From Octopus sinensis (Eukaryota): a stretch of 64,000 bases of DNA. Below, one piece after another: positions 50,325-63,805 of the stretch (position 1 is its first letter; each line of letters begins with the position of its first letter). The stretch covers positions 48,422,001 to 48,486,000 of the forward strand of contig NC_043004.1 in assembly GCF_006345805.1 (NCBI RefSeq), written 5' to 3'. Below the pieces are notes generated by a model. The model made no database searches and was not told the origin of the DNA. It saw only the letters and a program-made list of their open reading frames with translations. The translations under genes and the position numbers were made by a program.

Positions 50325-51728
50325 TAAGTTGCTCGGAGTTTGGTTTGGTCCAGACTTTCAGGTGGAGAAAAACTGGGACAAGGTGATGAGCGGGGAAGCC
50401 AACCCCATCCAGAAATGGGCCGAGAGGAAGCTGTCCCTGAAAGGGCCAGCGGAGGTGGCGAATGCGTACATTGCATCCGTCATCTATTATTGCTTGACTG
50501 TCATCCCTTGCCGTTTGCTGGTTGATCAAGCTGGTGCGCTTACTCTTCCGCTTTCTGTGGAAGGAGCACATTCCACTGGTCAGACGCTCCACCTGCTGTC
50601 AGCAGCTGCTGAATGGAGGGCTGGGTATGCCATGGTTGCTGATGCGCAGACATGTGCTGAGGTTGTGGAATCTCTAGCATTTCCTTGACAGTGAGGTGTG
50701 GTCACTGTTTGTAAGAGACAGTTTCCCACAGCTCATCTCTTTGACTGAGCTGCAATCCTAGATTAGGTGTAGACCGAGGAGGGATGCTTGGCACCCCAAG
50801 TGCCATCAAGCACCCACAGCCCTCCACCAAGCAGGCAATGCAGTCGGTGGTAGTGCCACTCTAGCATTCTATAGAGGGCTGGTGGAAGGAATGTGCAATG
50901 ACATTCTTGGGGAAACTCTGGGCGTTGATGAAGATCAACTAACCGGTCTGTTTCGAGAACTTTCGGGCCTGGGCCTATGGATAACTTCCAGAAATTCCTT
51001 GCCTGGCAGTGCTACCAAGGAGTGCTGCCTGTTCAGGATAACTGTACAGACACAGAAGTGTTGTCAGCCAGGCCTGCCTAAAGTGCACCCAGAACAATGA
51101 AACTGTTCTGCACACCCTAGTCCAGTGCCCGAGTATTACCGACCTGTGGGTTTATGCCAAACACCTGCTGTCTTATGTAGGACGGATCCAGCTATCAGCT
51201 GAATCCATTGTGAAGATTGCCCTGCTGCCTCCTTTTGGCAGGGAGGGGAAGGTAATTTTTATTTGTCTAGTGGCTGTAGCAAAAGAGGTAGTATGGTGGA
51301 CCCATTTGAAAGGGTTAAAGACAAACACTTACTTCTTTGACCAAGCCCTCATCAACTTTTTCAAGTTTCACTTGAAAAGGAAGTTGAGGGTGAAGAGGGA
51401 AGTGTTGCCTCATTGCAAGTTTGGTGAAAGGTGGGTGACTGTTGGAAGAATGGCCAGTCTGAAAGGACCAATTCTGAGTGTGCACCTATAAAAAAAAAGG
51501 GCTCTTGCCCTGTTGTTCAGGTACCTGTGGCTTTTGTTGGTTTTTTCCCACGAGGACCTTAAAGCGCCTCCCCTATTGAGAGTTTAATTTGTTTAATGTT
51601 TAATTGTTATTTGAAAACTCATTGTATTGTCCTGTTTTTGTCTTTTATGTTGTTGCATGTCTTTTAAAGTTTTGTATGTGAGCCCTTGTGGCCAATAAAA
51701 GAATTATTATTACTATTATTATTATTAT
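50325..51728 (+). mobile_element. Tx1/L1-clade LINE, 5'-truncated, pseudogenised
   Basis: LLGVWFG..KLSLKG..VANAYIASVIYY, FLWK..VRR..C..GGLGMP, C-terminal CLKC..ETVLHTLVQCP zinc knuckle; stop at 51491; 3' UTR and (ATT)n tail. Confidence 0.9.
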
Positions 51729-54295
51729 CACATTCTTCTACATTTTGAGTTACAATCCTGCCACAGTTAACTCTGCCTTCAAATAAAGTACCAGTCAAAC
51801 ACTAGGGTCAAAGTAATTGACTTGCTCCCTGCCCCCAAAAATTTGAAAGAATTATCATTACGACAGTGGTAAGCAAGATGGCAGAATCATTAGAATGCTT
51901 GACAAAATGCTTAGAATTTCTTCCATCCTTACAATCTGAGTTCAAATTTCACAGAGGTTCACTTTGCCTTTCAGGGTTGTTAAAATAAGTAGAATAACTT
52001 CTGCCTCTCTTCAAAATTGCTGGCCTTGTGCTCAAATCTGAAAGGGCTATTATTGTTGACACAACAGGATGGTAGATGTAGTAGAGCACAACGTTAAATA
52101 CTTTGCCATTAGTTTCCTTAAGTCTATGTTCTGAATTCAAATCCTCTAACAGTAATCAACTTGGATCTTTCATCCCACAAGGGTCTATAAAATACACATC
52201 TATCATGTTCCTGCCCTATGCAAGCAGATCAACAAACAACTCTTGGTGACTTCTTTCATAAGTGTTAAGTGCTAGTCATGAAATTTTCATGGAGGAATAT
52301 AAAAGTGCTTCCCCATGGCCTGCCTTTGGATTTTTTTTTTTTTTTTTTTTTTTACAAGACACCATTTGTCAGTTAGATACCTGCAAGTTTGTCACACCTG
52401 CATAGACAAACAAGCCAGAACAACAAAGCATTTTGGTTAAAGCTCTAACAAGTTTGCTTGTCTACTACTTCAAACTGGTGCTTTACTGTATTGGCCCTCA
52501 AGAAAGATGAAAGGCAGGACTTGAACTTGGAATATAAAGCACTAGAAGAAATACAAGCTCAGTGTACTAATCTATCTCCATCTGTCATACTGTTATCATC
52601 CTTTACAAACTAGTAGCGTTATGCTAACATAATTAATTAATTTATTAATTATTTTGAAATCTAATACATATTTAAAAGATAACTGTCATCTTGAAATAAA
52701 AGTTATTTACACACAATAATAATTTTAAATTGTTGCACAAAAACAAGACAAATTTGTAACAAGTTTAATTCAATGAGATTTCTCTACAAAACTTGTATTC
52801 TTACTGTGAAGTATTTAGTAGAATAGAAGCTCCCTGTAGCCCTAGCAGCGACATAACCAGGTTGTTAGCTACATTGAACAATATGATATAGACTAGCCAG
52901 ATTAAGTATTTGTATATACAATAGGAACTTGAGACCACTGCTATAATCATCACTGTTACTACTACAAATTAATTAGAAACTGGTAAGCAAATTCTAATAA
53001 ATTATGAGGAATTTATTCACTACTAGTTACTATTTGTAAATATAAAAAAATGTACATATAGAAGGAATTAGGTTTAGTTTCAAATCAAGATTCAATCATC
53101 CATTCTAATAAGACTTTGCCACAAAGAAAACATGAACTGTAGCAACACTAGATATTTACCATTCATCAGAAAAACTTTTTAAAAATCATCTAAATTTAGT
53201 CCTTCATTAATGTTAACAAAAGATTAATTTAACATATAATAATAAAATCAGGACAGGAAGTTTTGATTTAAATATGCACACATCTTAAAAGGAAAGGTTT
53301 TGACCATAGAACCGAAGGGGAGTTGGTATTAAAAAGAGTCAACAGAATGATATTAAATATAATATATTGACATATTCTGTAAGTGAACAATAACTGGAAG
53401 TGTTGGTCAAATGGTCACTATTATCATATACGATGATATTCATGTTTATTTACTGATCTATGAGAGACTATAGAAGTTTCAGTGAGAGAACGCAAAAGTT
53501 TCAGGTACATGTGTTAGATTTGATGTCTATAAACATTCCACAGTATAACACCATCATCATCAATAGTCTCTAATTATTCCTCCCATAATGGAAATAATAA
53601 TGGCACTGCACAAAAAAGTTATCAAAAGAGAAAAATAATTTGTCAGTTACATTTTGAATTACAATGTAACCTCTTTTTCTTTTTTTTTTCAATTTGAGTA
53701 CCAGCAGCAGTACCAATTGACACCATAGGACTTCGACTGGGGGTGGGTCCATACATATATTTACTGTAGAATAGGCTCCACTCAATAATCAGGTATTTTC
53801 TCTAACAACACAGCTTCAATAATACAGTTTACATTGTAATTTATCAAAATGACTACAACAATTTTAATATCAGTACACTGTACCAAAGACAATAATCTAC
53901 AACAAAAACTTCATTACTCCAGAATTGAAATATTTGTTTCAAATTCTAGCACAATGCCAGCAATTTCAGGGGAGGGGACAAGTCGATTACATTGACCTCA
54001 GTATTCAACTGGTCTTCATTCTATCAACCGCGAAAGGATGAAAGGCAAAGTTAACCTCATCAGAATTTGAGCTCAGAATGTAAAAATGGACAAAATGCCA
54101 CTATAAATTTTGCCCAGTGTGTTAATGATTCTGCAAGTTTTGGTACCTTAAGAATTGAAATATCAAAATCAGAATTTATCATGGAAAGGGGAAAAAACGT
54201 TCAAAGATATATAAGTTGTTATTCCAATTCATCATTATAGTTTTAACACAAATAAATTTTATTGCAATAATAAGTGTGCATAACATAACGTTGAT

Positions 54296-54498
54296 TTAAC
54301 CCTTTCTGATGAAACACACTGACTTTCTTCCAATTAATTTGGAAAATCAAAGGAGAATTTAGCAAAATAACATAATCAAACTGGTGTTTGTAACATAAAT
54401 TAACACAAAATTTTGATGGGAAGATCCAGATCACTTTAAAAGAGGAAGTTTGAACCATAGTATCAAAGGGGGTTTCAGGCAGGCTGGTAACAAAAGGA
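54296..54498. mobile_element. piggyBac-type MITE, family P2
   Basis: TTAA-CCCTTTC start and GGTAACAAAAGG end; body homology. Confidence 0.75.
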
Positions 54499-54949
54499 TC
54501 GACCAAACCAAATCACCCAGTCTTTTCCAGACCTATTTGGACCATTATTCACAGATTTTATTTAATCTAAACTTGCTACATCAGTATTTTTTCACAAACT
54601 TTCATTTTATATACTGCTGAGGTTCTTTCAATAAATAAAACATTGAGCCAACAGAATGAATCTAAAACTGCCACCTGGTGACAACTTACATGTATGTTTT
54701 TTTAGGCAAGTACAGAGATCAGACATCTTGTTAGGGAGGTGGTACTAAAAATTCCATACAGATCTTACTCCTGCTTTTTCTTTTAACTCAAAAGCAACAA
54801 AGTATTATGACCAAAATGAAAACTTTACATTAAAGAAGATGTGAAAAAGAAAAACGACAGAGTACAAAATATTTTAACAAAGCCCATTATATACTAAGTC
54901 TATGATCCAGTGATCATGTCAGCTAAATGTTTTATTTGAAAGACACTAC

Positions 54950-54971
54950 TTGATCCTCCGTTGCTATCTCT
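54950..54971 (-). CDS. candidate 22-nt coding microexon ((R)EIATEDQ)
   Basis: Strong acceptor AATTTATTTTTGCTTCTTTTAG and donor CAA|GTAGTG; bridges phase 2 to phase 0. Confidence 0.35.
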
Positions 54972-57859
54972 CTAAAAGAAGCAAAAATAAATTATCAATG
55001 AATAATTTATAATGATTAGTTGACAACAAAGACAGTTGGAATGGTCAGTGACTTCTAATGAAGCCTGATGTTACAAACTAGATATATGTAACTGATTATA
55101 TAACAATATGACACAAGACAGCCTAGCCTGTTGCTGTCATCAAGATAACAGAAGACATCACACTGGACAGTATTTGTGCCACTATATTTGGGACGATACA
55201 GTTGTACAGAAATGGCCCTGTGGCTAAGAAGTTTGCTTCACAACTGTTTGATAGAGTTGCATGGCAACTTAGGTAGGTGTCTTCTCAATAGCTTCTAGTT
55301 GACCAATACTCTGTGAATGGAATTTGACAGATTTATTATTCTGTATACAGCTTTTACTATCAGTCAGTCCCTTTGTTCCATGTTGACTGGCTGGAGAACA
55401 CAAGGATTTTGGAACCTTCCAACAACATCTAGTCTATCACTGATCAGTAGCATTGATGTTCCTTGGAAATATCAATTCTCTTTTAGCTCATACTGTAACA
55501 CCCCCCCTCTCCATTATTTTTTATGCAACCACCACAGCAAACTGGGTGCAGTTGAAACGAGTCCAACCACATAGTAATTAATTTGTCCCGCAAGTTACTG
55601 AGCTTGATCTCGCCCATCCCACCCAGTTTTGGTCTTTCCCATTTACCTTTATCATATCCATGATGAAGAATTTTATGCTTCCTTCACAAGTTTACAAACC
55701 ACTGCATTTAAGGAGAAGTCAGGTAGGGCATTGTAGACCTTAATTCTATGTGAAGTATGTGGATGATACTGCACACTTTTGTGCTCCCACTTCACACAAT
55801 TCCCTCGGCCCTTCATATTCCCTCCTAATGCATCATCACTCAGCAATCTGGACTTTTCTTGTCAGTTTGATCATGCAACTAAAATCAGGAACTTGCTTCC
55901 TGATTGCAATATGGCTAAGGAACATGAGCAAAGCCACATAGCCTTCACCTCAACCTGCACCTTTTTTGTCATTGGCAGTTTTCTTTTGCCCTTTTTATAG
56001 AAAACAGGATGCAACTTAGTGTTAACTATCACTGACACTGATGCATTGTTATTTTTAGTGCATTTATAATGATACCCAAGACTTGGTTATGGCACCAAAT
56101 ATACTCTGCACAAGAGGGCATACATAGCCTTTGTACCAATGATTATCAACAGTGCTGCTCTGAATCTCCTATCAACTAATAATGGCTGAGAATTGAAGTA
56201 CATCAGACACTGCATGCAAGACTAATCACAACCTAGCTGGTTCCCTTTTCTATATGGTCCGTGACAGCTTCTTTTGCTCAGCCATCTCCTATGCTGTCTA
56301 TGCGCAGTGGTTTCCTAACACTACAGCCTTAGTCACATGTAGCTTCCATTCAGTAAGAAAACATCTTTGATCACAATATTTCATTTGCTTTAATAGTTCT
56401 GGTGGGATATTCACATGTTCCACATCAGAACCAGCCCAGCTTGTGTTCTGCACCACAACTATCTCTATGTTTATTCCCAAGATGATTCCTACCATTCCAC
56501 AGTTTTTCTCATGATGTAGTTCCTTCCTGTCAACACTTATGGCTAGATCTAAAACTTAAGGTAAAAACATTTGATATCATCATCAAAAATTTTTTAACAT
56601 CCACTTTTCCAAACCTTCACGAGTCAGATGGAATTTGTTGAGGTAGATTTCTACAGCTGGATGCCCTTCCTGTACAGTAACTCTCACCTGTTTTCAACTG
56701 AAGTAACAATTTCCAGCTTACAAAGAATAAACAGCCCAGACATAGTTACAAGCCCCTTTTGTTTTCAAAGACCAAGCAACAGGTCAAGATATGTCAAGAA
56801 GCACAGACGTGCTTTCAGAGTCAACTACCAACATCTGACAACCACCTGCATTGACAGCAATGCTGTTGTTTTGTTTACAGTCAATGAAAACAAAATATGC
56901 ATACAGTGCAATGTAACTGGTGCCATCAACAAAGGCACAACTGGATACTGCTTGATATCTAGTATCTATCCTGAGTTCAAATACCACCAAAGCCATTGAA
57001 ATAATTACTAGAGTGAAAAACAAGTTCTTCTATTATAGACCCATGGTCAAATTTGCCTATTACCCTTTTGACATCAATAAAATAAAGTACAGATAAATAC
57101 ATAGAGTGGGGTTGGTATAACTATCTAACTCTTCATGAATTATTGGCCTTCTGCTATTGTAAAAAGATGATTATTATTATTATTAGAGTTAAAAACAGGC
57201 CACAAATTTCAAGGGGAGGGTTCATTCAATTATATCAACACTGTACTTATTGTATGAACAACTAAATGCACGATCGACTCTGAAAGAATTTAAACTCAGA
57301 ACATAAAAATACGTTAACTAGGTCTATCATTTCTACCATTCACCACAAGAATTTACACACAAAACTAAGAATTTTGAGGGCAGGTTGATATACTGTTTTC
57401 ATCAACTCCAAAACGATGAACAGCAAAATTGACCTTCATAGAATCTGAACTCAGAACAAATAATACAAGACATTTTGTCTAATGTCCTAATGATTCAGCC
57501 AATTAAACTACCCTTATAATTGTTCCTAACTTCTACAGGGAGGACCATGTGAAAGCTGTTAGAGCTCTCTTCGACCACCCACTCTCAATTTTGGTGTAAC
57601 TAGGATTCAGCTTGTACCTCACATTCTTTCTTCATCAATTACAGCCATTACATCCAACAATATACATTCTTAAACAAGTTATATCATTCTTCCTTCCTTC
57701 GTAACTTTTCCTATCAAAGTTTCATCCACAAGCAACCTAGACACACCTCAAGAATAAAAACCTCAAAAGCATGTTTCAAAGAGGTCTTACCAATATCTTT
57801 CAAAAATGTAAAACAAGTGTAATGTTATCATCCAACCCATCCCTTAAATATCAGTAGCA

Positions 57860-58310
57860 TGATACTACAGCTTTCAACAATTAGTGATGCTGTTCAACGC
57901 TCAGATGGGGTACTGCTCCAACATCTGGGATGGCACAGCTACTGTACAACAGACTTCCTAGATCACATCCCTAGAAAGCAAGTCATCTGACTGAAGTTGC
58001 TAAAAGACATGCTCCACCTCAACTCAAAGGCGTTGTCTCTTCTCTCTCTACCTTTTCGACCACTACTTTAATGTTATCTGCTTCTCAGAACTTGCTGGTT
58101 TTCAGGCCAACTCCATTCAGGCACTCCTGATTCACTTAATTTTTCCTCCTTTCATCACTTCTTTTGTTCCAAACCTCCAGTCCTTCAACTATTATGTTCA
58201 GCCTTTCCACCTCCCATGGACTGTTGCTCCTCTGGAATTCCCTCCCTGGTGGTCTCTTTCCTACAGCTGTTGACTAGCAAAAGTTTTAAGTGATACATTA
58301 ACTACATTGA
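57860..58310 (+). mobile_element. CR1/Jockey-group LINE RT C-terminal relic
   Basis: YCSNIWDG, VSSLS(L)..HYF..C.SEL and LWNSLPGGLFPTAVD..FK..IN motifs. Confidence 0.7.
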
Positions 58311-58793
58311 TTTCATCAGTCATAGAAGACTTGTGAAAACCATGGGCACCGTCCGTCCCTTTCTCCAAGTAAAATTTCAATAACAAATAAATATTTCTTC
58401 CCATCCAGTGTATGTTTCTTCCATTGCTAAATTTGTATCTACTCTACTGACTTTCTGTTTCAAAGAATACAAGTTCTGACACCAAACTCTTAGCTAGAAC
58501 ACTACATTTCTGCAACTGTCCCGTCATATTTTGCAATACTCTCACTTCCTTTTAACTGACAGACAAATATTTCCTCACAGAAACCACATGCTCTTGATCA
58601 TTCAAAAGTTGTAAATCCAACATTATATGTAAGGTGCTGGAATGGCTGTGTTATTAAGAAGCTCAGTTTGTGATTGCATGATTCCAAGTTTGACACCACT
58701 ATGCAGCACCTATGGCAAGTGGTCAATCTTTCTTCCTCAAACTGACCAATATTTCAAATGGAAAATATGCAGAAGCCCATTTAATGTACACGT

Positions 58794-58830
<37 letters not shown>

Positions 58831-59457
58831 CATACGATATACACACATAAAATGTGTGCCGGCTTCTATATTTATATGGATCTAAATAAAACCAATATAA
58901 TTACTTATGTTTGTGTTTTCATGCACTATAACTTCGCAGTTCAAGTTATTCACAAAGTTTAGTGTATGTAAGAAGTCAATCAAACATGTTCCCAACATTC
59001 TTCTTTTTCTTCATGAATTAACAACCAACAATAATTATCACCTCTAATCAGTATATAGACAGTACTACCTTTTGCAGTCATCCTACATATGCATCATATC
59101 GATATATTGAGGAACAGAGACCTGAAGAACATCGTCCAATGAATAAATGATAATCTAGTCTATGAATTATCAGAGTTGTTAGAGCATCAAATGAAATAAG
59201 TTATAGTATTTGTCAGCTTACTGTGCTCTAAGTTCAAATCCCAGAGATGTCAACTTTTGCCTTTCATTCTTTCAGAATCAATAAAAAAAAATTTAAAAAG
59301 AAAAAAAGAAAAAAAAGAAACAATCTATAGCTGTAGATTAACAGAATTGTAAGAATGTTGGTTCGGAAGCTTTGTGGTTTTTGTTCCAGCTCCTTATATT
59401 CTTAGTTCAAATTCCACTACAGCTTACATTTATCACCATCTGATTTAACACTATCAC

Positions 59458-59544
59458 CTGACATATTGGGTATCTTTGGCAAAGTCCGGTGTTGCAAGCA
59501 TTTGGGCCAGGTTTCCAATTTGAGGATATTTTTCTCCGTCCCAC
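59458..59544 (-). CDS. candidate 87-nt coding exon (WDGEKYPQIGNLAQMLATPDFAKDTQYV in the preferred frame)
   Basis: Acceptor with CTAAC branch-like motif (CCTAACATAG) and donor CAG|GTGATA; GC-rich unique island; open in all frames. Confidence 0.5.
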
Positions 59545-60034
59545 CTATGTTAGGCTAGTAAAAGGTCATGAGTACTGTTTTAATCACTGACTAAAAGATA
59601 AAAAAAACTTCAAGATACAATTTACTAAACAGATGAAAATCATAACACCTGTCTTCCTCATGGCAACACACAAATAAAAACTTTCAGAAACCTCTAGATA
59701 TGCTAAGTTTCATCATTTCAGGTCATCTCCCATTGGAACCACTCATCTATAACACTGCCAAAAGTGCATCCCTAAGTGGAGACCTCCCTTAATTAAAATA
59801 AGAAAATACTTCAGCTCTGATGCGTTACCAATCTAGTCCAAGGTATGTTTAATCCACATTTAAAGTACTGTTCACCTATCTGATACTGATCAACTGCTAC
59901 ACACTCACAAACACCTGAGATCATACTTCATACAAATACCCTCCAAATGATTGATAAATAAAGTTTCCACTGCTAACTACTGCTCGCTATTACCATAACT
60001 ACAACAATTTCTGTTCATCTAAGATAACAATATG

Positions 60035-60898
60035 TATTGGGTCATCCCATAAATAATGCGTTTTTTTTTCAATTCCATGAACTAAAAGTTGGAGTGGAAT
60101 GAGATAAACTACTTGCATCAACTAGCTATAAAAGCAGGTAGTAATTTTACCTTGTCCTTATTCTTAGTGCAAGTTTTGAAGAGTGCAGTTCAATTTTAAC
60201 AGTTATAATGGAAGCACATTTGGCATATTTTGCCTTGAGATCAATTAAGGCAATAACGCAACAGAAAGTACGAGGAATATTTAATGCAGTACATGGCGAG
60301 CAAACAATAAGCATAAGCCAGTGACAATGGTGGTTCCAGAAATTCCAAGCCGGAAACAACAGTCTAGAAGATGAGCCTCATCCTGGAAGATCTCTAGAGC
60401 TCGATGATGGTGGAACAAAATCCCATCATAACTGTTGAGGAACTAGCAAAGAAGCTTGGATTTGGTCATTCAAGTCAGCACCAAAGGGAAAACGACCATC
60501 TTTGGTTTCATGACAAAAGTTGTTCTATCAGGATAATGCTCAGTCACAAATAGTGAAGATGACATTCCGAAGATGAGAGTATTTTTAATGGGAAATGATG
60601 CCCCACCCACCATATTCACCAGACATTTCCCCATCTGATTATCATTTATTCCACAGTCTTCAAAATTATTTGGACAGAGAAAAATATGAATTTTGTAGAC
60701 AAGGTCAGAACAGTACTGAAGGAGTATATTTTATCAGGCAAGTGAATTTTAGAGGGGTCTTGCAAGTCTGCAAGATGTAACAGCATTGTAGAAAATTAAG
60801 GAGAATATATTTTAGATAAAAAAAGAACTTTGTTTATCTTAGTTTTGAAAAATAAAAGAAGCATAAAAAAACCGCATTATTTATGGGATGACCCAATA
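60035..60898 (+). mobile_element. mariner of the same family as 21306-22549, internally deleted
   Basis: Perfect 24-bp TIR TTGGGTCATCCCATAAATAATGCG, TA-flanked; PYSPDISPSDYHLF motif; deletion junction at 60473/60474. Confidence 0.95.
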
Positions 60899-61264
60899 TA
60901 TCAGCTTATGCATGTCATTCCTTCTTTCATCATCTCTATCTCTCCCACCAAAAACTCACATGTGAAAAACCTCACTCAACCTCAATCCTTAAAAGTGCAG
61001 CCCTCCAGAATAGTCTTTTCCAAAAAGCATCAACCCAACAAAAATTCATGCTGAATACCAACTGTATCAATCACACCATACTGTGTACTGCTGCTCTTGA
61101 ACTAATAAAAAGAATCACAATAATCAATAATCCCTAACTACCAGTTGTCATGTAACAAATCTACAATTGTTACATAACTAAAATCACAATATTAAACTTT
61201 ATCATTGTTGCTAAACAATTAAACATAACAATATTAAACTCTATAGTTGTGGCATTTAACACAA

Positions 61265-61493
61265 TTAACCCTTTAGCATTCAAATTTCTTTGTCAAATGT
61301 AATGCTTATTTAATCACATTGTTTTGAGTTAATCCTGCATTATCTTGTAGCGTCAAGATTTCTATGATGTGACTACTTATTTCTAGAATGACATTGTAAG
61401 GTAGGTGTGAGAAGTTGGATCTAGTCAGTTTTAACATAAAACAGAGAAATTATTTGGGCCAGATGTGGCCTGATTAAATGCAAAAAAAGTTAA
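61265..61493. mobile_element. piggyBac-type MITE, family P1 (reverse orientation)
   Basis: TTAA-CCCTTTAGCATTCA start; TTAA at 61490-93. Confidence 0.85.
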
Positions 61494-61829
61494 ACTCATT
61501 GTTACACACTGAAACTTAATATTTAACTCTATCAAACTCATGGTTGTTACATAATCCTAACAATATTAAGCATTATAGTTGTTACAATTAGTACATATAC
61601 TGTTGGCACCTGGTTGATTCTTTTCTCTTTTTTTTTTAATAGCTCAGAATAATCATGGGTAGTCTGCAGTCCGTGAGACTTTCTTAACTGCATGCTTAAG
61701 AATAAATATCTTCAGCTTTCTTTTGGTAGTGCAGTCTGGCTGATGTTGAGGCATGTCTCGTGCGACTCTCTTCTCATAAATGGTCAATCATGCCTGACTT
61801 AGAACAAAGACAAGACTCATAACTGAAGT

Positions 61830-61976
61830 TACCCTTCAGAGATATTGATGTTACAACTGTTTATTTTTAGAATGAGATGACAGGGTAGGTGTGAGAAGCT
61901 GGATCTGGCCAGTTTGAACTTAAAACAGGTAGAATATTTTGGCCTTGTATGGCTGGTGTAAATGCTAATGGGTTCA
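61830..61976. mobile_element. partial piggyBac-type MITE, family P1
   Basis: Body homology; ends AATGCTAATGGG. Confidence 0.75.
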
Positions 61977-63805
61977 GACAAGAAGTAAACACTTTCTAAA
62001 AAAAGAGCTACATACAACTGTTCATGACAAGATCCACTTCATTTCTGTTCACCTTTCCATGGTGTGCATGTTATCAAAGTTATTGAAAATGCATTAGTAA
62101 TGTACACAGCAAATGCTTTAAACAATCTTAACTATAAAACGAAAACAAACATGAAAGCTATATACCAGTATACTTGTGTTGTTAAATGTTCTTAACAAAT
62201 TTTATTACACTATATTGTCATATCAGAGTAAAGTGCATTCACTGGACTCAGACTGACAGCCACAGTGATCAACTTATAATAACTGCACTACTGAAGTCTG
62301 GATACTAAAAAACACAGTGATATATTACACCTCTCCTCTCTCTCACATACACACACATATTGCTGACATAATCATTTATAAACTTCATGAGAACATTAGA
62401 TTAATTCTTTTTTGGAACATTTTCTGTCCCAGGGGTTTTCTGATCCAATATTTACATGATATTTATAGCTCTGTTTGCTTCAAGACGCACGATTACAAAA
62501 ATGAATTACATATATTTATATAATGCAGTTTAAAGCATTTCTTAGTCAATTGCTTTCTAAATAATATAACGTAAATGCTGTTTTTATAAATAGATTGTCT
62601 TCCCTTTCATTACATTTCATGGTTTTATCTGACAAATAATACAAATATAGTATAATAATTATGTCTTCAATTCTATACTTAAATGTTACTTCTAGAGACC
62701 ATACCAAAAATAATACAACAGGAGATGAAACTAGAAAACAAATCATTGCTTTAGCATAAATGGTAGAGCATTTATTGAACCAAAAACCCTATAGTATTTT
62801 AGGAGTGGCTCTTTCTTGCTTCTAGTGGCCAATAAAATATATACCAGTCATATATACTTTGCGGCCCCTTTGATCAGCAGCATTCCAGTACAGCCCCACT
62901 AAATTTGGCAGTGCGCCTAGTCAACAGAAATCAATAGTAGAAAAAGATAGAGAATTGATGCTACAAGAATCAAATAATTGGTCCATAAGTCAGTGGCTGA
63001 TAGAAGATTGTATTGATTAAATATGAAAAACTGCAAAAGAAAAAAAAAACAACTCTCCACTATTTCTGCTGCATTTCAAAACAACAGTTTCTAAATGTTA
63101 TAAAAATGCACAAACACACATATACACACGGAGAGGGGGATGGGTAGAGAGATGCACACAAAAGTGTATAGACAAAGGATTGGCTATATAGTAGGAAGTT
63201 TGTTCTCAACCAGATGGTTTTGCATTCCGACACACAACATGGCAAATTAGGCAACTAAGCTGTAAACTGACCAAAACTTACAGCGGACAGAGTACAGGGA
63301 AATGAAAGGAGCTGATCATATATGCATCTGTGTGTTACTGTCTCCTTCACTTAATTCAGTGTAAGATTTCTAAACGAGCAGTGCATAATTGAAGTCTTCC
63401 GTGCAAATATATCTAGCAATAAAGAAATATCACCTAAATTGGAAACAACTGAGTTGACAACAAGAAGGACTCTGGTTCTCGAAAATCCATCTTGACAAAT
63501 TCTATCTATCATGGCGAATGCTGGACAGAAGGGTCACAAAGTAAGGGAGAAAAGAAGATAATAAAGTAGTGGTGATCCCAAAACAAAGGTGCGCATGGTG
63601 TATATAACAGAGTTTGTACGTACATGTGGAAGGGGACTGCTCATCTTGATGTGTGTATGTGTAGGTGCGAAAATGTGGGTCTGGGAAGTGGTCGGTGCTA
63701 TGTTGTGACGTTATGTGTTGTGTGCTAGGGAAAGCAAGGATAGGGTGTTTGTTAGGCAGAGGGTGGCGTTAGAGTTGGGGTATGTAGGTAGGCAGAGGGT
63801 GGGGT

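Noticed and set aside
55400-56520. Possible decayed LINE
   Set aside because: No diagnostic motif could be read reliably.
61090-61600. Degenerate ~40-bp repeats (ACAATATTAAACT.TAT..TTGT) interrupted by a MITE; considered as a CRISPR-like array
   Set aside because: Irregular AT-rich minisatellite with no unique spacers, in a eukaryotic context.
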